Source of the DNA: Betaproteobacteria bacterium
GTDB lineage: Bacteria; Pseudomonadota; Gammaproteobacteria; Burkholderiales; SG8-39
Direction of reading: 5' to 3'
NCBI GenBank assembly: GCA_031394435.1
Contig: JANNTQ010000081.1
Span: forward strand, 186-64,185
Length of the DNA stretch: 64,000 nucleotides
Shown: positions 60,037 through 64,000 of the stretch, piece by piece
How the letters are laid out: each line of letters starts with the position of its first letter
Numbering within the stretch: the stretch's first letter is position 1
Position numbers and translations under genes: made by a program
The notes under the pieces: model-generated
What the model was told of the DNA's origin: nothing
The model's input: the letters and a program-made list of their open reading frames with translations, nothing else
The model's database searches: none

Positions 60037-61284
60037 CTAGGTGCCGGCCTGCAGCCGCGCGATGCGCGTGGCGGCGGGTGGGTGGGAATCGTAGAACGCG
60101 GAATGCAGGGGGTCGGGCGTGAGGGTGGCGGCGTTGTCCTGGTAGAGCTTGACCAGCGCGCGCACCAGTTCGGCGGCGCTGGCGTGCGTCGCGGCGTAGG
60201 TGTCGGCCTCGAATTCGTGCTTGCGCGAGTAAAGGCTGGTCAGCGGCTGCAGGACGAACGTGAATACCGGCATCACCAGCACGAACAACAGCAGCCCCAT
60301 CGCCACGTCCGGCGTGCCGGCATTGAGTCCCTGGTAGAACCAGGGCCGGTCGATCAGGCCGCCCAGCGCCCACAGCAGCGCGAGCGAGAGCACGAACATC
60401 ACCGCGATGCGCTTCCACACATGGTGGCGCCGGTAGTGGCCGAGTTCGTGCGCCAGCACCGCCTCGACCTCGCCCGGGGCGAGGCGCGACAGCAGGGTGT
60501 CGAAGAACACGATGCGCTTGGCGGCGCCGAAGCCGGTGAAATAGGCGTTGCCGTGCGCTGAGCGCCTGGAGCCGTCCATCACGTACAAGCCGCTCGAGCG
60601 GAAGCCGCAGCGCGCGAGCAGCGCCTCGACGCGACCGGCAAGCGCGGGATCCTCGAGCGGGGTGAACTTGTTGAATAGCGGCGCGATGAACGTCGGGTAG
60701 ACCAGCAGGATCAGCAGATTGAAGCCAATCCATGCTGCCCAGACGGTGAGCCACCAGTACTCGCCCATGTGCTGCATCAGCCACAGCACCAGCAGCAGCA
60801 GGGGCAGGCCGAGCGCCGCGCCGAGCAGCGCGTGCTTGGCGAGGTCGGCGACGAACAGGGCCGGCGTCATGCGGTTGAAGCCGAAGCGCGCTTCGACCAC
60901 GAAGGTGCGGTAGATCGAACTGGGCAACTCGAGCACCGAGAGCAGCAGCACCACGCTCGCCACCAGCGCAGTGCCATGCCACAGGCTCCCAGGCTCGAGC
61001 ACGGCGGCCCACTGCCGCGAGGACCAATGCAGCAGACCGCCCAGCGTGAGCGCAAGCAGCGCCAGCACGCCGATGAGCAGATCCAGCAGGCCGAGGCGCG
61101 CCTTGGCCACCGTGTAGTCGGCAGCCTTGCGGTGCGCGGCAAGCGGCATCACGTCGGCGAAGCCCGGCGGCACTGCGTCGCGGTGCGCGCGCACGTGCGA
61201 CATCTGGCGCAGCGCAAGCCAGACGCGCGTCAGCGTCGCGCCGGCGAGCGCCGCCAGGAACAGCCAGGTCAGGGCATTCATCAC
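60037..61284 (-). CDS. M48-family (Ste24-like) zinc metallopeptidase
   Basis: 415 aa, multi-[12 protein letters not shown] (HExxH). Confidence 0.88.
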   Translation of the reverse strand: MMNALTWLFLAALAGATLTRVWLALRQMSHVRAHRDAVPPGFADVMPLAAHRKAADYTVAKARLGLLDLLIGVLALLALTLGGLLHWSSRQWAAVLEPGSLWHGTALVASVVLLLSVLELPSSIYRTFVVEARFGFNRMTPALFVADLAKHALLGAALGLPLLLLVLWLMQHMGEYWWLTVWAAWIGFNLLILLVYPTFIAPLFNKFTPLEDPALAGRVEALLARCGFRSSGLYVMDGSRRSAHGNAYFTGFGAAKRIVFFDTLLSRLAPGEVEAVLAHELGHYRRHHVWKRIAVMFVLSLALLWALGGLIDRPWFYQGLNAGTPDVAMGLLLFVLVMPVFTFVLQPLTSLYSRKHEFEADTYAATHASAAELVRALVKLYQDNAATLTPDPLHSAFYDSHPPAATRIARLQAGT

Positions 61285-61302
61285 GCCATGAGAGAATACG
61301 TC

Positions 61303-61848
61303 ATGCCTGCGGACCAGAACAACCTCATCTGGATCGACATGGAGATGACCGGCCTCACGCCCGACTGCGACCGCATCATCGAAATCGCGCTGCTGGTCAC
61401 CGACGCGCAGCTCGAAGTGATCGCCGAAGGCCCGGTGCTGGTACTGCGGCAGCCCGACGTGGTGCTGGCGGCGATGGATTCATGGAACAAGGGCGTGCAC
61501 GGCAAGTCCGGCCTGGTCGACAAGGTAAAGGGCTCGACCCTGGACGAGGCGACAGTGGAGGCGCGGATGCTCGCGTTTCTGGCGCCGCACGTGGGCGCGG
61601 GGGTTTCGCCCATGTGCGGCAACTCGATCTGCCAGGACCGGCGTTTTCTCGCGCGCTGGATGCCTCGGCTGGAGGCATTCTTCCACTATCGCAACCTGGA
61701 TGTCTCCACGCTGAAGGAGCTGGTCAAGCGCTGGAAGCCCGAAGCGGCCAAGGGCCTGACGAAGGAGGGCAAGCACCAAGCGCTCGCCGACATCCTTGAT
61801 TCGATCGCGGAGCTGAAGTACTACCGCCGGACGGTAATGACCATCTGA
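61303..61848 (+). CDS. orn: Oligoribonuclease
   Basis: [18 protein letters not shown].. DEDDh exonuclease. An alternative ATG exists at 61288. Confidence 0.93.
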   Translation: MPADQNNLIWIDMEMTGLTPDCDRIIEIALLVTDAQLEVIAEGPVLVLRQPDVVLAAMDSWNKGVHGKSGLVDKVKGSTLDEATVEARMLAFLAPHVGAGVSPMCGNSICQDRRFLARWMPRLEAFFHYRNLDVSTLKELVKRWKPEAAKGLTKEGKHQALADILDSIAELKYYRRTVMTI

Positions 61849-61854
61849 AAATAA

Positions 61855-61900
61855 GGTCAGACCCCATTTTCAAAAAAAATGAGGTCTGACCCTATTTTTT
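61855..61900. terminator. Bidirectional rho-independent terminator between orn and the RidA-like gene
   Basis: GGTCAGACC-CC-ATTTT / AAAAT-GA-GGTCTGACC, flanked by T-runs on both strands. The right flank overlaps the RidA-like C-terminal KKKKK codons. Confidence 0.65.
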
Positions 61901-62377
61901 CTTCTTCTTCGTCCGCGCCGGTCCCACTTCGACGATCACTTCGATCTCGACCGGGATGCCCATGGGGAGCGACCCCATGCCGACCGCCGAGCGGGCGTGC
62001 TTGCCGGCCTCGCCCAGCACTTCGACGAACAGATCAGAGCAGCCGTTGATCACTTTCGGGTGGTCCTGGAACTCTGGTACGGCGTTCACCATGCCCAGCA
62101 CCTTCACCACGCGCCGCACGCGGTCCAGGCTGCCGAGCTCCGCGCGCATCGCCGCCAGCAGGTCCATGCCGACCGTGCGCGCGTGCTGGTACGCCTGCTC
62201 GGCCGTGAACTCGCGCCCGACCTTGCCCTGCGGCCGCTTGCCGTCGACGGCACGCGGGCCCTTGCCGGCGAGGAACAGCAGCTTGCCCGTCCTCACCGCG
62301 TTGACGTAGTTCGCCACCGGCGCCGAAACGGTGCCGAGGTCGATGCCGAGCTGCCTGAGGCGCTTCTCCGCGCTCAC
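61892..62377 (-). CDS. RidA/YjgF family protein
   Basis: 161 aa; ..ARSAVGMGSLPMGIPVEIEVIVEV.. typical RidA C-terminus, plus an unusual TKKKKK tail. Confidence 0.8.
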   Translation of the reverse strand: MSAEKRLRQLGIDLGTVSAPVANYVNAVRTGKLLFLAGKGPRAVDGKRPQGKVGREFTAEQAYQHARTVGMDLLAAMRAELGSLDRVRRVVKVLGMVNAVPEFQDHPKVINGCSDLFVEVLGEAGKHARSAVGMGSLPMGIPVEIEVIVEVGPARTKKKKK

Positions 62378-63759
62378 AGCTGGACGACCTTGCCCGGGTT
62401 GAACAGGTTCTCCGGGTCGAAGCTGCGCTTCAGGTCCCGCATCAGGTCCACAGCCTCGCCCAGCTCTTGCGTCATGGAAGCCTGCTTGCCGATGCCGATG
62501 CCGTGCTCGCCGGTGCAGGTGCCTTCCATGGCGAGCGCACGCTGTACCACGCGCAGGTTGAGCGCCTTGGCTTCTTCCATGTCGGATTTGCTGTCCGGAT
62601 CGATCAGAATCACGAGGTGGAAATTACCGTCGCCGACGTGGCCGAAGAGGGGCACTGGCATCGACGCCCGCTCGATGTCCTTGATGGTCTCCACGATGCA
62701 CTCCGCGAGCCGCGAGATCGGCACGCACACGTCGGTGGAGATGGCGCGCGAACCCGCTTTCAGCTGCAGGCAGGCGAAGTAGGCATTATGTCGCGCCTCC
62801 CACAATTTGGTGCGTTCCTCGGGTTTGGTGGCCCACTGGAAGTCTAGCCCGCCGTTGTCGCGCGCGATCTCCTGCACCATCTCGGCCTGTTCCACCACGC
62901 TGGCCGCGGTGCCGTGGAACTCCAGCAGCAGCGTTGGCATCTCGCGGTGGCTGGTCTTGTTGTGGCGGTTGAGCGCGGCCATGGTAGTGGCGCACAGCAA
63001 TTCGCTCCTTGCGATCGGGATGCCCGACTGCAGCGTCTGGATCACGGTGTCCGCGGCGCCCTTTACGCTGGCGAAGGCGCACACCGCGGCGGACATCGCG
63101 GCCTGCACCGGGTGCAGTTTCACCGTCACCTCGGTGATGATGCCCAAGGTCCCCTCCGAGCCGACGAACAGGCGCGTCAGGTCGTAGCCCGCCGAGGACT
63201 TCTTCGCGCGGCGCGAGGTCTGGATGATGCGTCCGTCGGCGAGCACCACCTTTAGCGACAGCACGTTTTCGCGCATGGTGCCGTAGCGCACCGCGTTGGT
63301 GCCCGAGGCGCGCGTGGCGCTCATGCCGCCCAGCGTAGCGTCCGCGCCCGGATCGATCGGGAAGAAAAGGCCCGTGTGCTTGATGTACTCGTTGAGTTGC
63401 TTGCGCGTCACGCCCGCCTGCACCACGGCGTCGAGATCCTGCTCGTGCACCGCGAGCACCTCGTTCATCTGGCTCATGTCGACGCACACGCCGCCATGGA
63501 TGGCGAGGATGTGGCCCTCGAGCGAGGTGCCCACGCCGTACGGGATCATCGGCACGCGGTGCCGGGCGCAGATCTGCACGATGTCGCGCACTTCCTCGGT
63601 GGAATGCGGAAACACCACCGCGTCGGGCGGGGCGTAGGGAAAGCAGGACTCGTCCTTGCCGTGGTGCTCGCGGATGCTCGCCGACGTGCTCACGCGGTCC
63701 CCGAGCAGCGCGCGCAGCTCGGTGACCACGCTCTGGTCGAATTCACGTGCCTTGTTCAT
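62374..63759 (-). CDS. FAD-linked oxidase (D-lactate dehydrogenase / GlcD-like)
   Basis: 461 aa; FAD_binding_4 N-domain (..VVFPHSTEEV..IPYGVGTSLEGH..) and a C-terminal ..GTCTGEHGIGIGK... Confidence 0.88.
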   Translation of the reverse strand: MNKAREFDQSVVTELRALLGDRVSTSASIREHHGKDESCFPYAPPDAVVFPHSTEEVRDIVQICARHRVPMIPYGVGTSLEGHILAIHGGVCVDMSQMNEVLAVHEQDLDAVVQAGVTRKQLNEYIKHTGLFFPIDPGADATLGGMSATRASGTNAVRYGTMRENVLSLKVVLADGRIIQTSRRAKKSSAGYDLTRLFVGSEGTLGIITEVTVKLHPVQAAMSAAVCAFASVKGAADTVIQTLQSGIPIARSELLCATTMAALNRHNKTSHREMPTLLLEFHGTAASVVEQAEMVQEIARDNGGLDFQWATKPEERTKLWEARHNAYFACLQLKAGSRAISTDVCVPISRLAECIVETIKDIERASMPVPLFGHVGDGNFHLVILIDPDSKSDMEEAKALNLRVVQRALAMEGTCTGEHGIGIGKQASMTQELGEAVDLMRDLKRSFDPENLFNPGKVVQL

Positions 63760-63763
63760 CGGC

Positions 63764-63970
63764 TTATTTTAGCTTTATTTCACCTTCGAACGGCACCTTC
63801 ACCCCCAGCGCAGGAATTTCCAGCATCACGCGCGCGGCGAGGGTTTCGTCGCCCTTTAGCCGTGCCGCGACGAGCGCCTGCTGCACCGCCTGCTCGATCT
63901 CGCGCTGCGAGTTGACGCCCACCATCTTCAGGAACTTGCGGATGCTCAGATTGAAGGTTTCCTGGTCCAT
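63764..63970 (-). CDS. Small conserved hypothetical protein (68 aa)
   Basis: MDQETFNLSIRKFLKMVGVNSQREIEQAV..; it ends 4 nt upstream of the FAD-oxidase start. Family not recognised with confidence. Confidence 0.5.
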   Translation of the reverse strand: MDQETFNLSIRKFLKMVGVNSQREIEQAVQQALVAARLKGDETLAARVMLEIPALGVKVPFEGEIKLK

Positions 63971-64000
63971 GTGCTAAGTCCTCCGTTGCAGAATTTCGTC

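Overview
High-GC (roughly two-thirds G+C) chromosomal segment with betaproteobacterial gene order, almost fully coding: about 85 protein genes, 3 tRNAs, and no rRNA, CRISPR, transposase or phage genes. Most of it is housekeeping: relA; tRNA-Val-thrS-infC-rpmI-rplT-pheST-ihfA-merR-tRNA-Pro; surE-pcm-nlpD; proS; rplU-rpmA-obgE-proB; ispB; a PP0621/sensor kinase/sigma54-regulator set followed by ampD; nrdAB; maeB; orn. Five things stand out. (1) The left edge (1-1.2 kb) looks like the last cassette of an integron-type array. A MOSC-domain ORF with atypical codon usage is bounded by attC-like sites, next to a truncated amidohydrolase remnant. No integrase is visible in this window. (2) 6.37-7.27 kb is a mosaic of gene fragments: an in-frame cytochrome b561'-'YceI fusion, a roughly 80% identical remnant of a second dgkA, and a truncated second yceI. 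(3) 7.3-16.8 kb is a phosphate block: a secreted Zn-PLC/S1-P1-superfamily protein, a GT4-PAP2-acyltransferase operon, dgkA, olsB, ppk1, phoU-ppx and sixA. Four arrays of Pho-box-like heptamers at exact 11-bp spacing each sit 10 bp upstream of a -10-like hexamer. I read this as a PhoB-controlled membrane-lipid remodelling plus polyphosphate locus. (4) proS, an SLT transglycosylase, DUF58, a TgpA-like transglutaminase and mltB form a chain of overlapping stop/start codons with no MoxR ATPase. (5) Smaller items: a frameshifted patatin-like gene, a very lysine-rich AT-rich gene, an infC with a probable ATC start, and thrS starting 5 nt after tRNA-Val. All functional calls come from reading motifs by eye; no database search was run.
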